Source of the DNA: Clostridiales bacterium
GTDB lineage: Bacteria > Bacillota > Clostridia > Oscillospirales > Acutalibacteraceae
Direction of reading: 5' to 3'
Assembly (NCBI GenBank): GCA_024684435.1
Contig: JAIKWV010000035.1
Span: forward strand, 4,343-68,342
DNA length: 64,000 nucleotides
Every line of letters begins with the position of its first letter. Positions within the stretch are counted from its first letter, which is position 1. Shown one piece after another: positions 17,601 to 23,900 of the stretch. Position numbers and translations under genes: made by a program. Below the pieces are notes generated by a model that searched no databases, had not been told where the DNA came from, and worked only from the letters and a program-made list of their open reading frames with translations.

Positions 17601-19595
17601 AGTCTTTACAAGATATGTGGTGCCGTCTGCATACTGATAAGTAATGGTGTAATCCTTAGCTGCCCAGATAGCGTACAGTGTGCTGCCGCCTTCGGGGATC
17701 GCGTAGGATGTAAGAGCTGTAGTCGCTGTTTTGGTTGTGGCCCAACCGATGAACTCGCAGCCTTCCTTGGAAGCGTTGACTGAATCGGGAAGATCAACAG
17801 CTGTCTGTGCCGCGCCTGTCACTGATGCAGGAGCTGTACCTGTACCGCCGTTAAGATCAAAGTCAACGGTGTACTGAGCAGTCTTCTCTGTTGCAAGAGC
17901 GTAAATGCTGAAATGTGTTGCTTCAAAGACTATGAATCCGTTTTCATAATTGGACGGAATGAGAGTCATATCATTACCGTTTATATAGTATACGGAGGTC
18001 TTTGTTGAGTCAAATCCCTCGGGAAGAGGAATGCTGACTGTTACACTGCCGTTGGGCTGTGTCGCAACGCCGTTAAGCTTAGCTGTAATGTCATATACCA
18101 GACACTGATCGCTGTTTGCAGCAACCAGAGCAAATGCTGAACCGGAAGAAAGCTTCTCAACGTTCAGCTCGATCTCACCGTCGTATTCATCCTCTGTGTA
18201 AGTGAGGGTAATACTGTTCTCGTCATTTGTAACATTATAAACCTCGATCGCTCTCCATACAGCGTAAAGAGTAGCGTTGCCGGAAATTGAATAGGAAGAA
18301 AGAGCTGTGGTTGCTTCGTTGGACTCTGCCCAACCGACGAACTTGTAACCTTCCTTTGTAGCATTGACCGTTGCGGGAAGTGAAACCGCTGTGCCGGCAA
18401 CGTTTGTTACAGAAGCGGGAGCAGTACCTGTTCCGCCGTTAAGGTCGAAGTTAACTGTGTAGGTGGGGATAGCTTCCCAAACAGCGTAAAGGGTTGCGCC
18501 GTCCTTGGGAATAGAATAGGATGTGAGAGCTGTTGTAGCATTACTTGATGTGTTCCAGCCCTTGAAGTTAAAGCCTGACTTTGTGGCATTAACTGTTGCG
18601 GGAAGAGTGACCGGTGTGCCCTCAACGTCTGTTACTGACGCGGGAGCTGTACCTGTACCGCCGTTAAGATCAAAGTCAACTGTGTACTTCTCTGCTACTG
18701 CGCCGGTTGAGATAGTGTACTTCGTCTCGTCAGGAGTAAGAACTGTGCAGGTCGCTCTGCTGAGGGTGACCTGTTCGCCTGTGGAGAGATCCTCTGAAGA
18801 TGTATAAGTACAGTAAGTTTTGCCCTGACCGTAGTTCTTCTCTGCTGTGATCTTGGTATCACCCTTGACAGAACCCTGGTTCATGAACAAGCCTGCGCTG
18901 CCGTTAAGGGTAGCTGTATCCTTGACCTTGAGGTAGAAGTAGAAATACTCCTGATACTCGTCAATGATGAAGCTTTCGCCTGTACCCTGTGTAGCTGAAG
19001 TAGATACTGAGGACTGAACAAAATTGTAGCTTGCATACTCAGACTTAAGTACGTTATTGTACTTGCCGGTGGCTTCATTGTAAGTACGCATCTCCGGGGG
19101 GAAGTTCTGAGCGATGAGCGCGGCTGTTATGGTGTTATTGATCTGGCCGGACATAATATTTCCGACGTTTTCATAGATAACGCCCGCTGCCGGGACATCC
19201 TTGCCTTCCGCCGCATAGTCAGCGCTTGTAATGGGGTGGAAAACACCCTGTGAAGCGGTAACTATAGTGCTGCTCTTGTAATTTCCTGTCTGCTCGACAA
19301 ATGTGTTTCCGCTGGGATAGCAGGTCACAAAGTAATTGGTGTCGTAGTAGACAATGTTCGAGATAGTACGCCAGTTGTAGTTGGTCTGCCAACCGACATA
19401 ACATCTCACAACATCACCGGGCGCAAGCGTTGTTCCGTCAAGGGGTGAACCGTCAGCCTTGGTAACACGCAAGCCGGTTGATGCCACTGCTTCGGCAGTC
19501 GATGCGCTGGAGTCAGCCACAACAGCGACAGAAAACACACTGAATGCCATGCAGAATGCGAGAATTAAACTGAGGACCTTTTTTGTAATTCTCAT
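8697..19595 (-). CDS. giant secreted multi-repeat surface protein (scaffoldin/adhesin-like; Listeria-Bacteroides repeats, two cohesin-like modules, C-terminal tandem Ig-like repeats)
   Basis: Uninterrupted 10.9-kb ORF. Signal peptide MRITKKVLSLILAFCMAFSVFSVAVVA. Start taken at ATG 19595 (AAAGGAAA upstream) rather than the GTG at 19637. No LPXTG, SLH or dockerin motif seen. Confidence 0.9.
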   Translation of the reverse strand: MRITKKVLSLILAFCMAFSVFSVAVVADSSASTAEAVASTGLRVTKADGSPLDGTTLAPGDVVRCYVGWQTNYNWRTISNIVYYDTNYFVTCYPSGNTFVEQTGNYKSSTIVTASQGVFHPITSADYAAEGKDVPAAGVIYENVGNIMSGQINNTITAALIAQNFPPEMRTYNEATGKYNNVLKSEYASYNFVQSSVSTSATQGTGESFIIDEYQEYFYFYLKVKDTATLNGSAGLFMNQGSVKGDTKITAEKNYGQGKTYCTYTSSEDLSTGEQVTLSRATCTVLTPDETKYTISTGAVAEKYTVDFDLNGGTGTAPASVTDVEGTPVTLPATVNATKSGFNFKGWNTSSNATTALTSYSIPKDGATLYAVWEAIPTYTVNFDLNGGTGTAPASVTNVAGTAVSLPATVNATKEGYKFVGWAESNEATTALSSYSISGNATLYAVWRAIEVYNVTNDENSITLTYTEDEYDGEIELNVEKLSSGSAFALVAANSDQCLVYDITAKLNGVATQPNGSVTVSIPLPEGFDSTKTSVYYINGNDMTLIPSNYENGFIVFEATHFSIYALATEKTAQYTVDFDLNGGTGTAPASVTGAAQTAVDLPDSVNASKEGCEFIGWATTKTATTALTSYAIPEGGSTLYAIWAAKDYTITYQYADGTTYLVKTYKFGQNTSAAPAVPNVPEGNTGSWNAETPATMPAQNLEIKAVYTPNIYTITYENENGSVIETVEVTYGTVVTIKGIDQIPGKDGSWVWTDSNNNTVSAPTTMPAYNLIATLHYEDIAVSYKVETYEMDTTGKYQLTDTTSKTASANSDVSFTPAAAATGFTFDADSSNLSGNVGTVDNTLTLKVYYSRNQYTFNYVVEEAPYASQTYYYGAVFALPEAPQPESPKSFKGWLLNGAAFSAPQYVGAYDSATITLVADIDDGTVKYADYTALYNYLESDSVVRDRTTKDLLGFQSYFPLLPKTRTERTYLERAAEELEHYKEPAKSAIANALSFRTDCTEAEQSVVDGYLTTLKSIYKQYIDPLGPAYEEYEYSVTAPDGTVGTEFGYRNQYTWEYYAENYNAKFTIENTEVKDDGTYIFDVKFSSNFPVATFGIPILINSDMFEKGTLEGTTLGYTTPKTEYFTGDNGFNKFYGYAEDGVTTLFREHDLTTNSNKARICPGVYPEGPGWSAFDDLEFRNQYGLDLLLWGATKYSSSAPFAQSFDDVTIATFAIKLKAGATLDKSTAFMVGDYFIGNQKPGEEGLSRTLYTVTKSKNSELSGGERSEAPMANLTTEVTWQAEPETFTVDFDLNGAEGTAPQSMSGTENTTITLPDPGVSRQGYTFAGWAESANATTVLDDEYTITKDVTLYAIWTENEYNYTISYIRMGIDGQYPTEAFKVVNDNKATYGTVITLTENDMETFDNFYFDENAQGNVLTGTVERDNNVNLVVYLARAQYEVKFVINEADQITTPNGSLSGVIYTENVYFGAPVPTVDVPTDTEHPRGVWEWTKTEDGSKLLEAPETVSYALTATANYSSSFAAYTIETQYQNADGSWGDKITTTKTGTIGTTVYADPSIATGYKLGEGSVTEGMVAEDGSLVLKVFIARDKYIVSYYKAAGEDAYASQEYYYEQPIVPVDVPKDENENDGIWVWNTEDGSQPAKMPALEANETLFAVAKYPVKVVPTIYKAQLDGSYVAPEGTDIALYGNVGDTVKVETAPTFTGFTLVTDPDAEYTSNLEATITDEQGGTDKPIVLYYARNSYTITYLKEDGTTYQVDTYVYEQNVSIPDVPSLEGRNGVWYDKDENVAAIPGSMIAENLVYHAVYSNGTFKLSFVADGYVVSEASYEYGADLSNITLPEMVYRGTHAEGYTGSWGQVPPTMPGRDTEITATYEANQYTITFVEEGKDNEVAGYRFGETVEIPALVKADGAIGVWVWTKTVGGESVQAPTTMPAYDLTATADYSSAYGTYTVYTYRQGFDGEYGDPEISDPVQVVLGTEVDVTPSASAINGYTLAASSTTTGKVETTEGITLSIYLVRNTYKITYVNGNDSTEVEYLYDAPVDVQAPVDAATGATGVWNWKTTADNMATVEPAKMPAADLTATADFTGSINTYTVKYWTMNASGTYELTSSQTLNGAVDADVTADYEVPANYTLSDDSNVTGKIPAVGEEALVLNVKFARNTFKLNFVIDGVTVESKDVIFGAAIVIDEYDAPAIPKDGNGNDGIWVWPTADNVFTMPTEDVTVVAQYPELITITPVKYVMDVSGNYDNGTALDPVYGIIGGQVSFEPAGPEMGFSIDEDITVTETTINADGNATLAVYYKRNTYTITYVTETGSETESYLYGATVVVRNDPTKAGTDGATVTGQWTWKTADNEPATAPENNEMPAVNLVATATFGYTSYTIVIKDQDTNGQTFTTIDTITVENALIGDTVTYTPAAKEGFATPAPITETVATGLEIEVKYLRNTYTITYVNGNDSTTDSYLYGADVDVRSNPVIDNVTGSWVWTKTVESEEVPAQVPNTMPAYNLTATATFAKADYTVVIKLQNTDGETFTTVKTTTVEDALVGSSVTYTPDQLTDLGYTDTGIATPEAITKTVESGLVIEVKYLRNTYTVTYINGNDSTEVPYIYGAAVADPDAPTIDGEGVENIPGTWTWSTGTKPATMPAENVTATATFARASYTVVVRQQNVDGQTFETIATIPVADALVGDTVTYTADASADAGFVTPAAVSGTVLGDNSLVLYADYTRNSFTITFVDGENTTEQTFIYGAAINVAAPEGGMWLWTKNDDNNTPIATPATMPAYNIVATASYAPVESKAVYAASYEDHIITVEADKDALKIAICLTVDGELMTWTYTKTSDGVVSVEPNATNDREIWTIDLYLANGDYVARAKFAEFDTDEWTDDDHSAAFTVVNPTEIPKVYSATYDNGVLVVVVDSGADKILVEGTITYQDDNHQIQTADFVWTVDKDNASVETDPLTKKDTWTINKLLDPATYTVRGKYAGKFTDDENSVTLVVSEETPELDKAVYSATYDPDTKTLVIVADAGAEKVSLNKTKDNAQYMLTFARNDEDVTVAESATEAGKEVWTITSAVEDGVYTVCAKYVVVVIDEQNSISEWTDADHSATLTVTNMPQAAKVISAEYTPEVITIVAFAGATKVSLNKTKDGEPYVLSYLRNDAKVSIVLNDDGTETWTINDYAEDGVYMVKAKYNGEWTEDPESVELTVSNASDTAKIFSATFNRLDKSVTVVAGAGAQKIQFVNVVVGDEIKTITYARNNALVNISDPVDGKETWTISETYYGDGEYVVNGKFLVNGIGEWTEGNNSATLVVENVPQNAKVYSATYTDGILVIEVTADAERIKFEGEVEYKDGTKVTGKWTYLRSDNVVTIATNDANNEVWTIDMTVGNHELDPATYTVYARFNGEYTAEEDSATFTVEAAEVIDDPVVVVVESNGAVYAASYDNGTVVIKAEAGAVKVRIDQDATEGSEYQEWVFAKNSENVTVTADENDATKEIWTITGVTLKDGTYNARAKYVVKQVSGNDVSEWTDNDKSQVLTLETGVVSAVQNDDGSITIVVKGDVSKIQLENAKGTYTFAKGNSAVSVSDKTWTITSLIVPGTYKINVKSGEDWVKATDSTPTITIKQLELEKDETENG
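8720..11215 (-). repeat. eight tandem, divergent ~95-115-aa repeats forming the C-terminus of the giant protein
   Basis: Each unit starts K(A)VYSATY-like and contains ..E/DxWTI.., ..YxVxAKY.. and ..EWTD..SATLTV. Units counted by eye from the translation. Confidence 0.75.
11216..15519 (-). repeat. array of alternating ~75-aa Listeria-Bacteroides-like and ~85-aa beta-rich modules
   Basis: Ten recurrences of the junction motif (Y/F)xxRNxYx(I/L)x(Y/F), for example YYSRNQYTFNY, LYYARNSYTITYL and VKYLRNTYTITYV. TMPAxNLxATA also recurs. Boundaries are approximate, and some recurrences lie upstream of 15519. Confidence 0.6.
15520..15735 (-). repeat. Listeria-Bacteroides (Flg_new-type) repeat 4
   Basis: FTVDFDLNGAEGTAPQSMSGTENTTITLPDPGVSRQGYTFAGWAESANATT...LYAIW. 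Coordinates approximate. Confidence 0.75.
15840..16400 (-). other. internal cohesin-like module of the giant protein
   Basis: YIFDVKFSSNFPVATFGIPILINSDMFE ... VTIATFAIKLKAGATLDKSTAFMV, matching the cohesin-type strand pattern. Inference only; coordinates approximate. Confidence 0.4.
17660..17880 (-). repeat. Listeria-Bacteroides (Flg_new-type) repeat 3
   Basis: YTVDFDLNGGTGTAPASVTGAAQTAVDLPDSVNASKEGCEFIGWATTKTATT...LYAIW. Confidence 0.8.
18250..18469 (-). repeat. Listeria-Bacteroides (Flg_new-type) repeat 2
   Basis: YTVNFDLNGGTGTAPASVTNVAGTAVSLPATVNATKEGYKFVGWAESNEATT...LYAVW. Confidence 0.8.
18470..18690 (-). repeat. Listeria-Bacteroides (Flg_new-type) repeat 1
   Basis: YTVDFDLNGGTGTAPASVTDVEGTPVTLPATVNATKSGFNFKGWNTSSNATT...LYAVW. 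Confidence 0.8.
18870..19475 (-). other. N-terminal cohesin-like module of the giant protein
   Basis: PGDVVRCYVGWQTNYNWRTISNIVYYDTNYF ... YFYFYLKVKDTATLNGSAGL. Inference from pattern only. Confidence 0.4.
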
Positions 19596-19665
19596 ACTGA
19601 ACAATTTCCTTTCTAAAAATTTTTTATTCTTGCGCACGAAGCCGTGCGTTCAAACCAAAAATAAT

Positions 19666-20847
19666 TTAAGTAGTGGGTACTGTAAACGTACCGGAACAGT
19701 TCTGTGAATAAGTCCTGTAGCCGTAATAGAACAGCTCCAGGTTGGACACGTCAATGGCGTCCGCCGCCGTATCGGCGTCCAAATCACAGGCCTTTTTGAA
19801 CGGACTTCCTACCGTTCCGTAAATCATATCGTATTCTATATTGACCCAATCCATTATACCGTTGGATGCGGCGTCAGCAGTACTGAGATCAATATCGTCG
19901 ATACCGCAGTCACCGTTCACGTCTCCGAGGATAACTATATAATATGATTTCAGAAGCACACCTGCGTAAGTTATCTCAAGCAGTGTTCCTGTACCATATC
20001 CTCCTTCCGAAGGGGTAACAGTCATCTCAGCGCCGCCCACAGCGTCAACATAGACCCTGATATCATCCTCATCAACAAAGATGTTATAGATGACATCGTC
20101 GGGGAAGCCGTATACATACCCGTTAAATCCGAGAGCGTCAGCCGCGTCGTCGTCAAATTCCTCAATAATGACTTCGGTGGGAGCGCCTTCCACGGGAGCG
20201 ATCCCGGGATCAAGGGCGCCCAGGCTGATCTGCGTGGGAGTCAATATAAGAGTTGAGCCTACAACAAAATTCCATCTGTATATCGAATCCGGGTTTTGCG
20301 GATTTTCCATCGCCTGATTGTAGAACAAGGTAGAGTTGGGCGGGATAAGGACGTTGCCCGTACCCGATGAACCCTCTTTTACCCTGAGCTGGAATGTAAC
20401 ACAAACCATTCCGTCAGGCTCATTATAACACTTGGTGAAACCGCTTTCAGCTCCGCCTATCCAATGGAGCAGAAGCAAGCCGTATCTGTTGGGTCTGTAG
20501 CCCGAAGGATAAAGCTTGGTCTCGCCTGTCTTGTCGATGGCGGAAAAAATCGCGTGGTCAGACGCCAAAGCGCCAAATGCTCTGGCATTGCCGTTTTCAC
20601 CCACAAGCTCAAATGCGTTTAAATCAAACAACACAGGCCAACGCATATTGGTGGCATAGAAGTTATTTTTAACATTGACATAGATGGTGACTATGTCCCC
20701 GTCCCCCGCCTCAGTCACGTTGCTGCTGAGGGTAACTTCCATATGCTCGGTTCCGGTAGGAGTACCCGCCGCCTGAGTGTTGAACACAAGGGCGCTTGTA
20801 AGCATTAAAACGGCAAGCATTGCTGAAAATATTCTTTTTATTTTCAT
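19666..20847 (-). CDS. secreted cohesin-like plus dockerin-like adaptor protein
   Basis: 393 aa. Signal peptide MKIKRIFSAMLAVLMLTSALVFNTQAAG. GGAGGAAGGTG SD upstream. N-terminal cohesin-like module and C-terminal duplicated Ca-loop segment. Confidence 0.85.
   Translation of the reverse strand: MKIKRIFSAMLAVLMLTSALVFNTQAAGTPTGTEHMEVTLSSNVTEAGDGDIVTIYVNVKNNFYATNMRWPVLFDLNAFELVGENGNARAFGALASDHAIFSAIDKTGETKLYPSGYRPNRYGLLLLHWIGGAESGFTKCYNEPDGMVCVTFQLRVKEGSSGTGNVLIPPNSTLFYNQAMENPQNPDSIYRWNFVVGSTLILTPTQISLGALDPGIAPVEGAPTEVIIEEFDDDAADALGFNGYVYGFPDDVIYNIFVDEDDIRVYVDAVGGAEMTVTPSEGGYGTGTLLEITYAGVLLKSYYIVILGDVNGDCGIDDIDLSTADAASNGIMDWVNIEYDMIYGTVGSPFKKACDLDADTAADAIDVSNLELFYYGYRTYSQNCSGTFTVPTT
19720..19941 (-). 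other. dockerin-like module (two Ca-binding loops)
   Basis: GDVNGDCGIDDIDLS ... CDLDADTAADAIDVSNL, i.e. two DxNxDxxIDxxD-type loops separated by about 35 aa. Confidence 0.65.
20208..20742 (-). other. cohesin-like module
   Basis: GDIVTIYVNVKNNFYATNMRWPVLFDLNAFELV ... DGMVCVTFQLRVKEGSSGTGNVLI. Confidence 0.5.
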
Positions 20848-20892
20848 TGAACCAACACCTTCCTCCCCGCAAACGGGGTCATAAGGTATATT

Positions 20893-20918
20893 CCGGGAGG
20901 GTATTGATTCCCTCCCGG
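20893..20918 (-). terminator. 9-bp GC hairpin between the 1543-aa and 393-aa genes (partial terminator or processing site)
   Basis: CCGGGAGGG / 8-nt loop / CCCTCCCGG. Only a weak U tract follows on the minus strand. Confidence 0.35.
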
Positions 20919-20966
20919 AGAGGAAATCAATAATTAATATATTACAATATTAATTAGCCGGATTAA

Positions 20967-23900
20967 TTAGCCGGGATAATTGAAGCTCTGGTCTTCGATA
21001 GCGAACGAATAGTCATCGAATACAACTGGATCGATATCGTCAACAGCGCCGTCGAAGTTTACATCGCAGGAAAGATACCTGGGATTGTCGCCCGGTAATA
21101 CACTTCCGTCTGCCCAGTCTTTGCTGTAACCAACAGCGTCAACTATTTCGGTCTTGTCAGCGTCATCGATACCGCCGGAGCAGTCAGCGTCGCCGAAGAG
21201 GACGGTGTAATATGTCATTACAAGCTCGTCGCCGTCGTAAACCTCAACTCTTGCGCCTGTACCGAAGTTACCGTTTTCATTTTCGACAGCAACTATAGTT
21301 GCGCCGCCTGTGGGCTCTATCATACCGTCAATGGTGGGATAGTAGTAGTCGAATCCGAAGATGTAACCGAAGTCGATGGAATCGGGATCAAGAAGCATAC
21401 CGAAGTCACCGAAGAAGCTCTGTACAGCTTCAACGTCAAGGATATTAAGGGTGGTGCCCATATCCGTAGCGCCGACAATAGCCTCGATGCCTGCCTTGGC
21501 AAGGTATACGAGATTGCTGATAGCCTGGCTCAGGTTCTGAACAGCCGTGTTGATGATCTGCTGCTGTGAGGCGGCAAGATCGGGATTAACGTTGAGAGCC
21601 GCCATAAGAGCTGCCGTGAACGCCGCCCATGAATCCTCTGTGTATCTGCTGGAATCAGTGTAGGTCTGAGCCTGTGCAATGATGTTGGTAAGAGCTGTGT
21701 AAGTAGCCTTTAATGTAAGGCCTAAAACTGCATTGTTAAGGGCGGTCGCCAGTCTCTCGATGAGGTTCTGGTTGTCAACTGTCTTAGCAAGGTTGCGTGA
21801 AAGTGAATTTGCAGCGTTGAGCGCATTTTCAAATGCGGTCCATGAAGCTGTTGTGTACTTATCCTTATTGGAAAGGAGGACGGAAGCCGCGTTTGCAATA
21901 GCGTTGTTGAGTGATGTGTAATCAGCGTTTTCAACAAGCATCTTGTAAGCAAGGATGAGTTCGCCTCTTGCCTTGTTTACCTTGCTCTGACGAAGACCTG
22001 AAACATAGCCGTCTTCTGTGAGCCAGCCGTTGCCAAGGTCGTCTTCATCCAGCGGGATAGCTGCCACTGTGTTAGCAAAGTCTCTTGCTATTGTGTATCT
22101 ATCCCATGAAGTCTGGCTGTAGTTGCCCTGCTCTGTAAGTCCGCCGTATTCATCAACAGCTGCAAGGAGCGCGTCGTTATTTGCGACAACTCTGATAAGT
22201 CTGTCGGCATAGATGCCGAATCTGTAAGATACGTATGAAAGTTTGACTGCGTCGACTGTGTCCTTACTGTTGATAAGCTTTTCAGCCGCTTTCTTCTCAT
22301 TTCTGAAGCGGAGATATGTGTGGGGAACATAGTCGCACATGCTGAAGAACTCATACTCATCATCATAGAACTTATAATAAGTATATTTTTCTTCGCCTGT
22401 CTCGGGATCGATCTCGGGATCGACTGAATAGTCGATGTTGGTGGGAACTACTTCCTCGACCTTATCCTTGAGAGCGCCTGTTCCGCCTGAGCCTGTCTTT
22501 ACGCAAGCCTCAAGGGCGATGGTAGCGTTCTTAAGGTTTTCGCTGAGGGTCGTGTAATCAGTGATGTAGCTCGGGGTGTAGAACGAAGTATACCTCATGG
22601 GAGCGTATACTTTTGTGATAGCCGCCTCAAGAGCGTCTGTGTAATCTGCCCAAGCCTGAGAGCCTGTTGTGGTCATGGTCTCGGTCTCGCCGTCCTCATT
22701 TACGACCTCATAAGAGTAAACCTTGGAGCTGGTATCGTAATTAGAAGCCTGGCGGTTAGCCTTTACAGCGCTGCTGACCAGTGAGGGAAGGTTTGCGTTG
22801 TTGTAAATAACAACATAGTGATCGAAGGGGATGGTCTCTGTTGCGCCTTTGTAATATGTAGCGCCACAAAGATATGAGAAAGTTGATGCGTAAACGCCGT
22901 CCGCGGGTAATGTGGCTGTGTTGCTCACCGCATAGGGAGCTATGTTCCACTTACCGCCGTTCATGTTGGTGTTAATGGTTGTAAAGTTAGCTGCCGATAC
23001 ACCGCTGGCGGCAAGAGTAGCGTTCAGTAATACATTGCTGCGTGTGATGGTGGCGTCTTCTGAGAATGTCTCCTCGTCGGGAGATTTTCTTCTTGAAATA
23101 GAAAATTCAACGTCAAGAAGGTCTCTGATCTTCTTGTTGCGTGTAGCCGTGGGGTTCTTGTCATCTTCCGATACATAGGAATTGATGTATGTAACCTTAT
23201 AATAACTGCCCTTATGTACGTTCTTATTATCAAGCAGAACGTCATTGTTTACAATGATGTCATCGTCATCCAGAAGGTCATCGTCTGATGTTCCACCGGC
23301 AACATAGGTATAGAGCTTCTGCTCTATTGAGCTGGTGGTGATAGCGGAACCATACTCGCCGAGAATATCATACTTGATCGTGATGATAAGAAGTGAGTTC
23401 GGAGTGAATGTACCGGTGATGTCAAAGTACGCTGATTCGCCGCCGTTGATGTTGATGTTGGTAACAGCGTTGTTGTTGTACTTGACAGAAAGACCGGACT
23501 GGTTTGTGGTGATGGACTTGATCCTGTACTTATACAGCTGATCCTGATGTGTTTCAAAATCAGAGTATGTCGCAAAGGTGTTGATACCTGAAGATTCATT
23601 GTAAATATAGAATCTGGTGTTTGTGGGTTTGATGCTGTCGCCCAAGCTGATATAGGGATAAGCAAACTCCTGGGGAGAGCTGAGGTCAAGAGCGGAACAA
23701 ACAATGGGAAGAAGCGCAGGAAGGAGTGTGCCCGTGCATCTTGTATAGAGGTTATTGATAATGTTCTGAACAAGGTTCGGAAGATTATCGTTGATGCTGT
23801 TACCGCTGATCATAGCCTCAAAGTTATCGTACTGGATAGCGGTACCTGAACCGAATACCATATTAATAATGTTTTTAAACAAACTTATTAATATGTATCT

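Noticed and set aside
8697-19637. LPXTG sortase signal, SLH domains or a C-terminal TM anchor in the giant protein
   Set aside because: LPxxx strings occur only inside repeats (LPATV, LPDSV, LPEAP). None is followed by a hydrophobic segment and basic tail, and the C-terminus is acidic and soluble.
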